From Rhodospirillaceae bacterium (GTDB lineage: Bacteria; Pseudomonadota; Gammaproteobacteria; Steroidobacterales; Rariloculaceae), in NCBI GenBank assembly GCA_024640695.1, contig JAHEEM010000001.1:11725-75724 (forward strand): a stretch of DNA of 64,000 bases, read 5' to 3'. The position numbers and the translations under genes were made by a program. A model generated the notes under the pieces. The model was not told the DNA's origin, did no database searches, and saw only the letters and a list, made by a program, of their open reading frames with translations. Positions 18,460-28,612 of this stretch are shown piece by piece (positions within the stretch are counted from its first letter, which is position 1; every line of letters starts with the position of its first letter).

Positions 18460-19681
18460 AAGTTCGCGACGAGGGCTTTGCGTCGGCACTCGGAGATCCG
18501 AGCGCCGGAAACTCGCCGGTTACGCCGGTGACGAGTGCGAGACCCGACCGAAAAGCGGTCGCTGCGCTGTCTTCCTCACCGAGCTCTCTGAGGAGCTGCC
18601 CGTAGAGTGCATAGGCCGGCGCACCGGGAGCAATTGCGAGGCTCGATTCGAGGTAGCTGCGTGCCTTGCCCCAAAGCTCCGCAACCATGCACAGGCGGGC
18701 CGCCGTGAGCAGCAAGGCCGCGTCCTCGGCATGCGTCTTGAGCCACTGCTCGGCGCGCTTGAGCTGCTTCGACGGTTCCGAGCTCCTGACATTGCCATAG
18801 GCGAGCACGAGCTCCTCGCGCCATTGGGTCTTGAGACCCTGGCGCAGGGCCTTTTCGGCTGCATCGCCGCGGCCTAGCCTACTGAGACTCTCCGCGTGCA
18901 CCGCGATGAGGCCTGGCAGCTTGCGCAGCGCGGCCGGAAGCTTGCCCCACAGCGCCTCGAGCGCATCCGGACTCAAATCCGGGCGGGCGCTGTAGTGCCG
19001 CAACGCCGCCATGGCAATCTCGGCAATACCTCCCGAATCGACGCGGGAATCCCTGATACGCGGCAGCACGGCGATCACCTGATCCCAATCGTTGAGAGCA
19101 CCATAGGTTCGCAGCAGCAGCTCCAGCGCGAGCGGATGGCCAGGGTGAGATTCCTCGATTCGGTTCAACGTCGCCAGCGCGCGCTCGAACTCGTCGCGCT
19201 CGAGTTGTAGCTCGGCCTGCGTTAGAAGAATGGCCATCTCAGCCTCAGGCAGCTCCTCGTAAGCAAGCCGCAGCCAGTCGTCGCGCCGCTCGCTCGAGCC
19301 CTGTAGCTGGGCAGCCCGGGCTGCCATCAGATAGTTGATCAACGGCGCGTCAGCGCCCTTGAGTCCGCGCGTTAATAAACGCTCCCCTTTAGACCAGTCG
19401 CCCTCCGCGAGGTGAATCAGCCCGCGCGTGAGCTTGGACCCTGCCCGCCGCGTGCGCACGTCGACAACCGCCGCGCCGAGCTTTCGCGGCGCGCGCCAGA
19501 GGAATACACCCAGACGAATACCGAAGTAAGCCAGGCAGAGGACCAGCACGAGTGCCGGCACCGACATCTCGATGCTATAGCCGAGAAAATTGATTAGCAC
19601 GAAGCCGCGATCTTGCAGCAGCAAGTGCGCTAGAACGGCACCCAGGAGAATGGCCGCAAGCGCCCAGAATCCGACCCGCAT
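18419..19681 (-). CDS. hemY: HemY-like TPR membrane protein
   Basis: It has two N-terminal TM helices, a HemY_N-like region and TPR repeats. It is downstream of hemX, sharing one base at 19681. Confidence 0.8.
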   Translation of the reverse strand: MRVGFWALAAILLGAVLAHLLLQDRGFVLINFLGYSIEMSVPALVLVLCLAYFGIRLGVFLWRAPRKLGAAVVDVRTRRAGSKLTRGLIHLAEGDWSKGERLLTRGLKGADAPLINYLMAARAAQLQGSSERRDDWLRLAYEELPEAEMAILLTQAELQLERDEFERALATLNRIEESHPGHPLALELLLRTYGALNDWDQVIAVLPRIRDSRVDSGGIAEIAMAALRHYSARPDLSPDALEALWGKLPAALRKLPGLIAVHAESLSRLGRGDAAEKALRQGLKTQWREELVLAYGNVRSSEPSKQLKRAEQWLKTHAEDAALLLTAARLCMVAELWGKARSYLESSLAIAPGAPAYALYGQLLRELGEEDSAATAFRSGLALVTGVTGEFPALGSPSADAKPSSRTSSAASTDASRATR

Positions 19682-20811
19682 CAGCCGTCCCTGTCGGGCA
19701 GATTGCGCAGCAGCGCTAGCGAGCCGCTGATATCCGGATAACTCAGCGCGACCTCGAGTGCCCGCATGTCCTCGAGCAGCGCGATCGCGCCTTCGACCGC
19801 AGCCTGCTCGTTGTCAAAATGCTCCTCGAGCATTAGCCGGGCACTGTCGAGGCTTGCGGCGAAGAGCTCCGGCATGGCCTGGACGAGACCGAGGCGGGCG
19901 AGCGTGAGCTCCAGCTCGACTTGGCGGCGGACGAGCAGCTGCTCAGCCTGAGATATGGAATAGACCGGGGTTACGTCACGCCGCTCGATGCGGAACATGC
20001 CGGCCAGCGCATTCTTGAAACTCTGCCAGAGCCGGGCGAGCCCCGGCTCTGCCTGGTTGGCACGAAGCGTCAGATCGGAACCATCCGGCGCCGGCAACCG
20101 CATCGGCAGCTCGGGCACCCGTGCTGCGAGACCGCTCAGGCTAAAGCTCAAGCCTTCGACATCCGGCGCGCGCACGGCACGCAGCGCCTGCAGTTCGCTG
20201 GCGATTCGCTCACGCACGGCGGCATAGGCCGGGCTGCCGGTATCCAGCAGCGCTTGATCCGCAAGCGCCAGCGCCTGGATTGCGCTGCCGCGGTTACTGG
20301 CAAGCGTGAGCTCGGCGTTGGCGGTGCTCAGGTAGTACTCCGCCTGCGCTCGCAGCCATCGGCCGCGTGCCTCCGTCGAAACGCCCTGCGCCGCGGAGAT
20401 CCTCTGATCCAGATCAGCGAACTGCGCCGGATAGGTGTTGACGCGATCGACGAGCTGCTCCATCACGCGCGAGAAATCTGCGCGCTCCTCGCCAAACTCG
20501 GCCAACCGATCCTCGAGGCCGCGGAGATCAGCGCGAACTTCCCGCAACGCTGCGGCCGTCTCGCCGTCCGCCTGGTCCAGAACGACATAGAACTGGCGGT
20601 ATTGCCACCACAGGAAGCCCGCGGCCGTAGCGGCGAACAACGCCAACGCAAGCGCAAGTACGCTAGCCGCGGACGATCGCCGGCCAGGCGCGCGAGTGGC
20701 TTCCGCTTCGGGCACCTCGAGGTCATTGCTCGGAGGGTCTTCTTGCCGAGCGGGGCTGCTCGCTTGCGCGGACACGCCATCGTCTTGCTGGTCCGGAGCC
20801 TGCTTAGTCAT
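19681..20811 (-). CDS. hemX: HemX-like membrane protein (annotated in databases as uroporphyrinogen-III C-methyltransferase-like)
   Basis: It has a charged N-terminus, a single TM helix (LALALALFAATAAGFLWW) and a long coiled periplasmic region. Its position is 5' of hemY. Confidence 0.7.
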   Translation of the reverse strand: MTKQAPDQQDDGVSAQASSPARQEDPPSNDLEVPEAEATRAPGRRSSAASVLALALALFAATAAGFLWWQYRQFYVVLDQADGETAAALREVRADLRGLEDRLAEFGEERADFSRVMEQLVDRVNTYPAQFADLDQRISAAQGVSTEARGRWLRAQAEYYLSTANAELTLASNRGSAIQALALADQALLDTGSPAYAAVRERIASELQALRAVRAPDVEGLSFSLSGLAARVPELPMRLPAPDGSDLTLRANQAEPGLARLWQSFKNALAGMFRIERRDVTPVYSISQAEQLLVRRQVELELTLARLGLVQAMPELFAASLDSARLMLEEHFDNEQAAVEGAIALLEDMRALEVALSYPDISGSLALLRNLPDRDG

Positions 20812-20965
20812 GCTGAAGTCGTCATGGCCGGCGAAGGCGCCTTTTTACCATACGCGTCGTGCATCTATCCAAGAACGGAAGTGGCTGTCGTGCGACAGCG
20901 CCGTTGCGCTTGCTGGGTCCGAGACCAACCATCTACGGCGCCGAGAATAACTGCAAGCTCGATCA

Positions 20966-21742
20966 CTATACCGGCCGGGGCGGAGTTTTAGACATGCCGG
21001 CGCGCAGATACCGTTTTACGTCGCCGACTTGGCGGCGACTTACGGGCAGGGGCTCAGCATAATTGCGAACCTCAATGAAATAGCTACCGTCCGCGCTCTT
21101 TCCAAGCGATTCAATGTACGCACAGTTCACCAGCATGCTGCGGTGCACGCGAATAAAGGCCTCGAAAAACTCCTCGGCAAGCTCCCGCAGTGATTCATCG
21201 ATGAGGTCTTCACCATTGCGATGAATCACGCTGACGTATTTCTGGTCCGCGCGAAACAGCATGATGTCGCTGAGGGGTATGAGCCGAATCTGGTCCCCGA
21301 GGCGCGCGGCGATACGCCGGCGCGGGGAGTCGTCGGGACCAGCCTTCGCGAGCTCCCGCAGCTGCACGGCACTGAGCCGGGCAGCCTGACGCAGAGCCTG
21401 TCGCAGGCGCTCGACGCGCACGGGCTTGAGCAGATAGCCGACCGCCTGCGCGTCAAAGGCCTCGATGGCGTAATGGTCGTAAGCGGTTGTGAAAACTACC
21501 GCCGGCGGCGCAGACATGGCCGCCATGTGGCGCGCCGCTTCGATACCGCTCATGCCGGGCATCCGTATATCTAGAAGCACGGCGGCGGGCTTCACGCGCT
21601 GCACGAGTTCCAGCGCCTCCGCGCCAGTGCCACAACTACCCGCGACTTCCCATTCCGGGATCTCATCCAAGAGACGCTCGAGGCGCTGCCGAGCAGGCAT
21701 CTCGTCGTCGACGATGAGCAACTTGTAGTGTCCCGCAGTCAT
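20966..21742 (-). CDS. algR: LytTR-family response regulator (AlgR-like)
   Basis: It has a receiver domain (LLIVDDE, LLDIRMPGMSG) plus a C-terminal LytTR DNA-binding domain. It overlaps the upstream kinase by 4 nt. Confidence 0.8.
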   Translation of the reverse strand: MTAGHYKLLIVDDEMPARQRLERLLDEIPEWEVAGSCGTGAEALELVQRVKPAAVLLDIRMPGMSGIEAARHMAAMSAPPAVVFTTAYDHYAIEAFDAQAVGYLLKPVRVERLRQALRQAARLSAVQLRELAKAGPDDSPRRRIAARLGDQIRLIPLSDIMLFRADQKYVSVIHRNGEDLIDESLRELAEEFFEAFIRVHRSMLVNCAYIESLGKSADGSYFIEVRNYAEPLPVSRRQVGDVKRYLRAGMSKTPPRPV

Positions 21743-22905
21743 TCCTCGTATGGGAATATCAGAGTGACTTCGTAGCGGCCCGGCTCCTCCGCAATTTGCA
21801 AGCGGCCGCGATCACCATAGACCAACCGGAGACGCTGGCGGATATTCTCGAGCGCCAGACGATTGCCCTCGCGCGACCCTTTCCGACCGCTCTCAGATAC
21901 CGGATTGGATACCGAGATGACCAGATCCTGCCCGTCGACGCGGCCGCGCACAATCACCGTGCCGCCATCGTCAAGCGGCTCGATACCATGGTAGATCGCG
22001 TTTTCCAGCAACGGCTGAATCGTAAGGCTCGGCACCACGGCTCGCATCGGCAAGCTCGCAACGTCCCATTTGACCTTTAGTCTTGGCCCGAGCCGGAGGG
22101 CCTCGATGCGCTGATACATGCGCGACAGCTCCAGCTCCTCCTTCAGGCGCAGCGGGGCATCGGAATCCTTCAGCGTCGCACGCAATAGGTCGGCTAAGTC
22201 CTCGACGGCCTCTTCTGCAGACTTCGGCGAAGTCCGCGTCAGCGAAGCGATCGTGTTCATGCTGTTGAATAGAAAGTGCGGCCGGATGCGCGCCTGCAGT
22301 GCGTGAATGCGCGAGCGCGCTTCAGCGCGCACGTGCCGCCGCCACTGGTGGGTGACAAAAAAGTAGCGCAGCAGCAGCGCTGTGACGATCGCGCAGATAG
22401 CGAGATTGCGCAGGAGAAAGCTCCAACGCGTATCGGGGAACAGGGTAGCGCTGACGCCGCTCGCACTGAGACTGCCACCCACACGAAGCGCCACTTCCGA
22501 CAGGATGGCCGTGTTGAGCAGTAGCAAGACGAACGCCAGCAGGGCGGCCAAGGGCACAGACAAGCGAGCAAGCCAGCGGCGGCTGTAACACAACAGCGTC
22601 GCGCCGGTCAGGCCTGCCCACTGCATGAACAAAGATAGACGCGCGAGCTCTTGCAGGAACCCGACGGCGTCAGGACGTGCGAGCGCTAGGACGAGCGCGA
22701 GCAGCTCGGATATCAACACGACAGCGAGAACCATCCGCGGTGCGCAGAAATCCGGAAGAAAAAAATCCTCACCGCCGCTGCGGCTGGCGGACTGATCCGT
22801 TGTGGGGTTCTGCCGCGATGCTGGCGTTTCAGCGCCGCGCTGCGGGTCTATCGCCTGCTCGGTGACGACGCTGCGGCGAGGGTTAATTGCACCACTTCTC
22901 GACAT
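21739..22905 (-). CDS. algZ: LytS/AlgZ(FimS)-type sensor histidine kinase
   Basis: DFFLPDFCAPR and multiple TM helices are followed by the His_kinase motif RPHFLFNSMNTI and an HATPase domain. The ATG at 22905 is the only in-frame start downstream of the track ORF start and 5' of the conserved region. Confidence 0.75.
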   Translation of the reverse strand: MSRSGAINPRRSVVTEQAIDPQRGAETPASRQNPTTDQSASRSGGEDFFLPDFCAPRMVLAVVLISELLALVLALARPDAVGFLQELARLSLFMQWAGLTGATLLCYSRRWLARLSVPLAALLAFVLLLLNTAILSEVALRVGGSLSASGVSATLFPDTRWSFLLRNLAICAIVTALLLRYFFVTHQWRRHVRAEARSRIHALQARIRPHFLFNSMNTIASLTRTSPKSAEEAVEDLADLLRATLKDSDAPLRLKEELELSRMYQRIEALRLGPRLKVKWDVASLPMRAVVPSLTIQPLLENAIYHGIEPLDDGGTVIVRGRVDGQDLVISVSNPVSESGRKGSREGNRLALENIRQRLRLVYGDRGRLQIAEEPGRYEVTLIFPYEE

Positions 22906-23362
22906 CCGCCGCGGCTCCCGCTTTCGCTGAGTCGATCTCGGCGTCGCTGAGGTATTCACGTTCCCCATCGGGAGTGGATCGGAATAATCGCCGCGACATC
23001 TGATACCGCTCATTTCGCTCTCGGGCGACGGTGCAATTGGCAGCACGTTCCTCGGCGAGCTCACGCGACGTCGGCTCGGGCTGCGTTTCTTCAGCCTGCT
23101 CAGGCGCAGGCTCGGGTGCGGGCTCGGCCGCCGTCTGAACGGGCCGCGGCGTGCTGCTCGGTCTCGGGGTTGCGATAACGATCGTCTCCACGTTGTCGCG
23201 GTCGGGCCGGTCGCTGTAGCGCACCGTGCCGTCCGGATCGACAGACCGGTAGACCTCTTCTGCGGGCGCGGCTAGAGCAACGAGCAGCGCTCCGATAGCA
23301 AGGCAAACAACGCGCACGGCAGTCAGCTTCCTATGGTGACAACTGTCGAAGAAGTCTAGCAT
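22883..23362 (-). CDS. DUF4124 domain secreted protein
   Basis: It has a signal-like hydrophobic segment, then VYRSVDPDGTVRYSDRPD (DUF4124 signature), a Pro/Glu-rich linker and a C-terminal Cys pair. Its 3' end overlaps the algZ start by 23 nt. Confidence 0.65.
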   Translation of the reverse strand: MLDFFDSCHHRKLTAVRVVCLAIGALLVALAAPAEEVYRSVDPDGTVRYSDRPDRDNVETIVIATPRPSSTPRPVQTAAEPAPEPAPEQAEETQPEPTSRELAEERAANCTVARERNERYQMSRRLFRSTPDGEREYLSDAEIDSAKAGAAADVEKWCN

Positions 23363-23523
23363 TCCAAGCCTGCCCCGCGCGTGACAAGGTTCGCCTTTCT
23401 CACAGGGGCGCGCCTAGATTAAGTTAAATCGTGGGCGCGACTCAAGCGAGGTTATCATGACTGGAGTTTCTCGCGCAGACGGCGGGATTCCGCCCTGGCG
23501 CCCTTCTCACTCGGAGTATTCAA

Positions 23524-23781
23524 ATGGCCACTGATTCCTCTCGCCCGTCGCTTGATGACCTCGCCCGCCAGCTTGCCGACGCCGTACCGAGGAATCTCAA
23601 GGCTATCGGCGGGGACTTGGAGCGAAACTTCAAGTCGCTACTGCAGACAGGGCTCGCAAAGATGGATCTGGTCACGCGTGAGGAATACGACCTTCAAGTT
23701 GCGGTGCTCCAGCGAACCCGAGAGAAGCTCGAGGCGCTCGAGGAGCGGATCGAGGAGCTCGAGCGCGCCGCCCAGCGGTAA
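23524..23781 (+). CDS. ubiK: ubiquinone biosynthesis accessory factor UbiK (YqiC/BMFP family)
   Basis: It is 85 aa. MDLVTREEYDLQVAVLQRTREKLEALEERIEELE closely parallels the E. coli YqiC coiled coil. Confidence 0.78.
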   Translation: MATDSSRPSLDDLARQLADAVPRNLKAIGGDLERNFKSLLQTGLAKMDLVTREEYDLQVAVLQRTREKLEALEERIEELERAAQR

Positions 23782-23793
23782 CTCAGCCCTTGC

Positions 23794-25326
23794 GTGGCGG
23801 CGGCGAGGACGGCGCTGCCCCAGCCCGTGAGCCTAGCGAGGCTGTTTAGCCGCGGCCAGCGTGGCATGGATGCTTATGAGGTGGTCGTCGAGACTCACCT
23901 GGCCGGCGGCTTGCCAACGTTTCGCATCTCGGGTCTGCCAGCGGCGTCCGTCCGGGAAAGCAAGGACCGCGTCCGTGCGGCGCTTCAGTGCTGTGGCTTT
24001 GCCCCCCCAGCTCAGCGCCTTACCGTGCATCTCGGGCCCGCGGATATCCCCAAGGAGGGCAGTCGTTTCGATTTGGCCATCGCGCTCGGAGTAGCGCTTG
24101 CAAGCCAGAAGCTGGCTTGGGCCACTGATGGCCTAGAGTTCCTCGGCGAGCTCGCGCTGAACGGCGAGCTGCGCGCGATTCACGGCGCCCTGCCGGCCGT
24201 GCTGGCGGCGCGGGAGGCGGGGCGGTCGATCGTCCTGCCGGCAGCCAACGCCGCAGAGGCTGCACTCGTCGCGGATGCGACCTGTTATTCGGCTTCGAAC
24301 CTGCTGGAGGTCATCGAGCACCTCAGCGGCGCTGCGCGGCTGTCCCGGGTCGAGCCGCGCGGGACACTACCGCCCCCGGTCTCGAAGCTCGATCTCGCCG
24401 ATGTTGCAGGCCAGGCCGTCGCCAAACGCGCGCTCGAGATCGCTGCGGCCGGGGGTCACAATCTCCTATTCGCGGGGCCGCCCGGGGCCGGCAAGAGCAT
24501 GCTCGCGCAGCGGCTTCCGGGGATTCTGCCGCCCCTCAACGTTGCAGAGCTACTGCGCGTCATGAGCATCGCATCGATTGCTGGCCAGACGATCGACGTC
24601 GAGCTCGCGGCGCGGCGCCCGTTCCGCGCCCCGCATCACAGCGCCTCGGTCGCCGCGCTCGTCGGCGGCGGCTCACATCCGCGACCCGGTGAGATCTCGC
24701 TCGCGCATCTGGGCGTGCTGTTCCTCGATGAGTTGCCCGAGTTCCATCGAGCGGCCCTGGAGTCCTTGCGCGAGCCGCTGCAGAGCGGCTCTATTAGCCT
24801 CGCTCGCGCTGCGGAACGCGTCACCTATCCGGCACGGTTTCAGCTCGTGGCTGCGATGAATCCTTGTCCGTGTGGCTATCTCGGCGATGGTAGCGACCGG
24901 TGCCGGTGTTCCGAGACGCGGGTAGCACGCTATAGGGGCAGGCTGTCGGGTCCGCTGCTCGACCGGTTCGACATGCACGTAGAGGTGCCGCGAGTACCGT
25001 TCGAAGACACCCGATCTGTCAATCCCCTGGGTGAGACGGCTGCCGCAGCGGCCCGCGTAGCCGCTGCCCGCGCTGCCCAGGAGACTCGCCAGCAAACACT
25101 CAACGCTCACTTGAGCCATCGCGACCTCAATGAGGTCGCCGGCGTCAACAATGCGGGCAGCACGCTGCTCAGCCGCGCCGCGGAGCGTTGGAAACTCAGT
25201 GCCAGAAGCTGCGACCGAATCCTGAAGGTATCCCGGACCATCGCGGACCTTGCCGGCGCGGCAGCCGTCGGCGCCGCCCACGTCGCCGAAGCCATACAGC
25301 TCCGGTGCCTGGACCGCCCACTTTGA
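23794..25326 (+). CDS. comM: Mg-chelatase-like ATPase ComM/YifB
   Basis: It has a Lon-like N-terminal domain, Walker A GPPGAGKS, LFLDELPEF, and a CPCG Cys cluster. The in-frame GTG at 23827 (VSLARLFSRG) is a likelier true start. Confidence 0.9.
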   Translation: MAAARTALPQPVSLARLFSRGQRGMDAYEVVVETHLAGGLPTFRISGLPAASVRESKDRVRAALQCCGFAPPAQRLTVHLGPADIPKEGSRFDLAIALGVALASQKLAWATDGLEFLGELALNGELRAIHGALPAVLAAREAGRSIVLPAANAAEAALVADATCYSASNLLEVIEHLSGAARLSRVEPRGTLPPPVSKLDLADVAGQAVAKRALEIAAAGGHNLLFAGPPGAGKSMLAQRLPGILPPLNVAELLRVMSIASIAGQTIDVELAARRPFRAPHHSASVAALVGGGSHPRPGEISLAHLGVLFLDELPEFHRAALESLREPLQSGSISLARAAERVTYPARFQLVAAMNPCPCGYLGDGSDRCRCSETRVARYRGRLSGPLLDRFDMHVEVPRVPFEDTRSVNPLGETAAAAARVAAARAAQETRQQTLNAHLSHRDLNEVAGVNNAGSTLLSRAAERWKLSARSCDRILKVSRTIADLAGAAAVGAAHVAEAIQLRCLDRPL

Positions 25327-25372
25327 GGTGTCTACCAATGTCGATATACTTTGCCCGCCAGTTTAAGGAACC

Positions 25373-25897
25373 ATGCACGTGACAGAAAAGCGAGATCAAC
25401 AGTTCTTCGACGGCTTCATGCTGCTCGTAGGAATATTCGTCGGAATCGTTGCCGGCATCCTGCTGCTCGGCGATCTCGTCGGTGAAGGCCTAGGCGCGCA
25501 GGCCGAGGAGGGTGCAGCACAGTCTGCTATTGTCGAGCGGATTCGGCCCATCGGGGAGGTCGCCCTTATCGGTGATCCGACGCTCGCTGCGGCGCCAAGC
25601 GGTGGGGCCACTGCGCCGCCGCCGGCCGCAGTCTCGTCGACGCTCTCCGGCACAGAGCTCTACGATCAGCTCTGTGCGCTATGCCACGCGGCCGGTGTTG
25701 GCGGTGCCCCGCTGCTCACGGACCTTGCCAGCTGGCAGCCGCGCATCGAGCAGGGCGCCGAGGTTTTGCGCGATCATGTAATCAACGGCTACCAGGGATC
25801 GGCCGGTGTCATGCCGGCGAAGGGCGGGCGCACCGATCTCAGCGACGCTGAGGTTCTCGCAGCGATGCAGTACATGCTCGATCAGGTCTCGCCATAG
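25373..25897 (+). CDS. membrane-anchored cytochrome c5-family protein
   Basis: An N-terminal TM helix and an Ala/Pro linker precede the haem site CALCH and MPAKGG (Met ligand region). Confidence 0.75.
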   Translation: MHVTEKRDQQFFDGFMLLVGIFVGIVAGILLLGDLVGEGLGAQAEEGAAQSAIVERIRPIGEVALIGDPTLAAAPSGGATAPPPAAVSSTLSGTELYDQLCALCHAAGVGGAPLLTDLASWQPRIEQGAEVLRDHVINGYQGSAGVMPAKGGRTDLSDAEVLAAMQYMLDQVSP

Positions 25898-26005
25898 TTC
25901 TCTCCTCGCGACCCGCCGATCGGCATCCGGTCTGAAAACTTCCCTCAATCAGCTCGAATCGACAGCCGCACACTGATTCTCGTCAGCGCAAAGTCGCTCG
26001 CCGGC

Positions 26006-28261
26006 TCAGAACCGAATCGTATAGCTGAACTTGGCGGTAACGTCACCGACTAGAGAATCGAACGAGTTGTCTCGGTCGAAGTCCTGTAGGGTATGGTTGA
26101 TTACGAAAAATGCCTCGCGCCCTGCCTCTGGTATCCAATGCAGTCGACTATTCAGGCCAGCGGTCTCACTGACGTTGTCGTACTGAATCAGATTGACCCA
26201 TGATAGCTTCGACGAAAAAATCACGTCGGCCTTGATCGTTGCAAGGCGAACCTCAAAATCACCACCTTGGAGGCTGACATCATTCAAGTCGTACCCGACG
26301 GTGAAACGAAAATGCTGCGACGGTATCCATGTCAGGCTGCCCTTGGTTTGCTCCCGCTCACCATTGTAGAAGTCGCCTTGCCGGTAGGTGAGCTCGCCGG
26401 AGAACATGCGCTGCGCTCCAGTCGTCAAGGTAAAACCAAAGTCGTCGAATGTGTATTCACCGATCGGAATCACGACGCCCTCGGAGATCTCGAAGTCCTG
26501 ATCGAGAACCTCCGTGCTCACGACATAGTCGAAGCGGAGTCTGTCGCGCCCGTTGGACTCGATATCCAACGGCCGCAATGAAATCGTCTGACTCTGCAAG
26601 CCGCCATCGATGAGATCGATGCGCTGCGCATCCGAGCCTACAAAAAAGCTTCTCACCAAGGAGTTGTGCGGCCGGTGCGTATAGCCGAGCTCTAAGGTCG
26701 AGTCACGAATTCCAGATCGGTTCACGAAGCCCATGGCGGGCCGGAAATTTTGCTGGATCTCCTTAACGCCCACACCGCCGCGCCAGCCCACGTTGTTCGG
26801 GACGCGCACGCGCGCACCATAAGCCGCATCGGCGCTGTCGATGCCCTCGGTCTGCGACTGCTGATACCAAGCCTCGGCTTCGATGATACCGCCACCCGGC
26901 AAGCGCGAATTCAGATAGCGGAAATCAACGCCGAGCAGGCTGTTGTCAAGGTTCGAACTCGGGTCGCCGGCCGTGAGAATAAGGCCCAGCGCCGACTCAG
27001 ACAGAACGTTGAGCACCGCTCGTCCGACGAACGCGTCGGTAGCATCCACGTCCTGAAAAGCCTCCTGCCGCAGCGCCAGCGCGCCTACGTTCCACGGACC
27101 GATGCGGCCGCTGAGCTTGCCGCCATAGTCGATCCCGACCGGCATCCCTGAGCTGGATAAGCCCAGCCTCCTAGAGAAGAACGGCCGGCCATTCTCGAGC
27201 GTCGGCCGGGAGATGTTAGAAGCGCGAAAATCGCCCGCCCCGAGCCGGCCGAATTCGAAGATGTCCGAATCCTTGAGAAAGAAAGCGCGCTTCTCCGGAA
27301 AGAACAAGCTGAACCGCGACAGGTTGACTTGACGGTCGTCGACCTCAGTTGCGGAAAAATCGGTATTGATCGTTAGCGACGCATTCAACGCCGGCGTGAC
27401 CTTGTAAAAGATATCGAGAGAGGGCTCCGTGTTCGACTCGTGTACCACTGGATCGAAGCGGCGTTGGCGAGTAAAGCTGATCGAGGGCACCGCATCGAGG
27501 CCGATCCCTTGGTTCATACCGATCAGGCCCGTCATCGAGCCAGCCACGCTCGGATTTTGAGTCGAATTGCGCGATACCCAGCCGATATCTTCGTTGTTGC
27601 GCCCGACCGTGCGGCGGAAATTAATGCCCCACTCTTGGTTATTCGGATCGAATGACAAGGTCTTGAAAGGTATTTCGATCTCGGTAGCCCAACCGGCCCC
27701 GTCGCTGGTCGCCGCCGTGCGCCAGATGCCTTGCCAGTTCCACTGCTGGCGGCTCGTATCCATGTACAGCGCCTCCATGCGCACGCCGTTCGGATTGGTC
27801 AGGAAACGGTACCCGCTGCGCCGGTCATTGAACGGATCGAGGATCAGGCTAAAGAAGTCATCGCTCCACAGCACTTCACCCTGGCGCAGCACGTTAGCAT
27901 TGATGCTGTCTGGCGTGTCGGACCACATCTGCGCGGATACGTAGAGCCCATCTTCGTCGTACATCACTCGAACCTGCATACGCTCCGTCGGCTCTGCATA
28001 CTCCCGAGGGAGAATCTGATAGAAGTCATCAATGACGGTGGCGTTCGCCCATTCGGCTTCATCGACGGCGCCGTCGATCGTCGGCGGAGTCGCCGTTCGA
28101 GCGGCCTTAAAGCTCTTCTCCGCGCCGAAAACACTATCCTGGCCCTGCGACGCGTGCGGGGCAGCGGCCAGCAGCAGCCCGACAACGGCGTGCGGAACCG
28201 CAGAACGACGGGGACTAGCCACGCGGCCACGACCTCTGAAACTTACCTTCGAATTTTGCAT
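26006..28261 (-). CDS. outer-membrane beta-barrel protein with N-terminal CBM9-like domain (DUF5916-type)
   Basis: It has a signal peptide, alternating beta-strand pattern throughout and a C-terminal aromatic residue (YTIRF). Its overall likeness is to DUF5916 / carbohydrate-binding family 9 proteins. Confidence 0.65.
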   Translation of the reverse strand: MQNSKVSFRGRGRVASPRRSAVPHAVVGLLLAAAPHASQGQDSVFGAEKSFKAARTATPPTIDGAVDEAEWANATVIDDFYQILPREYAEPTERMQVRVMYDEDGLYVSAQMWSDTPDSINANVLRQGEVLWSDDFFSLILDPFNDRRSGYRFLTNPNGVRMEALYMDTSRQQWNWQGIWRTAATSDGAGWATEIEIPFKTLSFDPNNQEWGINFRRTVGRNNEDIGWVSRNSTQNPSVAGSMTGLIGMNQGIGLDAVPSISFTRQRRFDPVVHESNTEPSLDIFYKVTPALNASLTINTDFSATEVDDRQVNLSRFSLFFPEKRAFFLKDSDIFEFGRLGAGDFRASNISRPTLENGRPFFSRRLGLSSSGMPVGIDYGGKLSGRIGPWNVGALALRQEAFQDVDATDAFVGRAVLNVLSESALGLILTAGDPSSNLDNSLLGVDFRYLNSRLPGGGIIEAEAWYQQSQTEGIDSADAAYGARVRVPNNVGWRGGVGVKEIQQNFRPAMGFVNRSGIRDSTLELGYTHRPHNSLVRSFFVGSDAQRIDLIDGGLQSQTISLRPLDIESNGRDRLRFDYVVSTEVLDQDFEISEGVVIPIGEYTFDDFGFTLTTGAQRMFSGELTYRQGDFYNGEREQTKGSLTWIPSQHFRFTVGYDLNDVSLQGGDFEVRLATIKADVIFSSKLSWVNLIQYDNVSETAGLNSRLHWIPEAGREAFFVINHTLQDFDRDNSFDSLVGDVTAKFSYTIRF

Positions 28262-28400
28262 TTCCGTTCCCGCCTAGAAATTCGAGCCTTAGGGCAGGCT
28301 ATTCCTCACGCAAACGCTCTTAATCGGATCCTGATGTAGTTTCTGAGCACACCAACACGCAGCTCCGGCCGCCGCAGGTTGCCTAAACTGATCGGTGTTA

Positions 28401-28477
<77 letters not shown>

Positions 28478-28612
28478 TGCGCCGCGTATTGTACTCATTG
28501 GAGGGCCGGCTGTATTTCAAGTCGGCCTCAGCCACTGCTTTAGGGGCGCGCCACATAAATGGCGCCAGTAATCACCGACTTGCGCAATCAGGTCTCTGCA
28601 ACCGGCTGCAGG

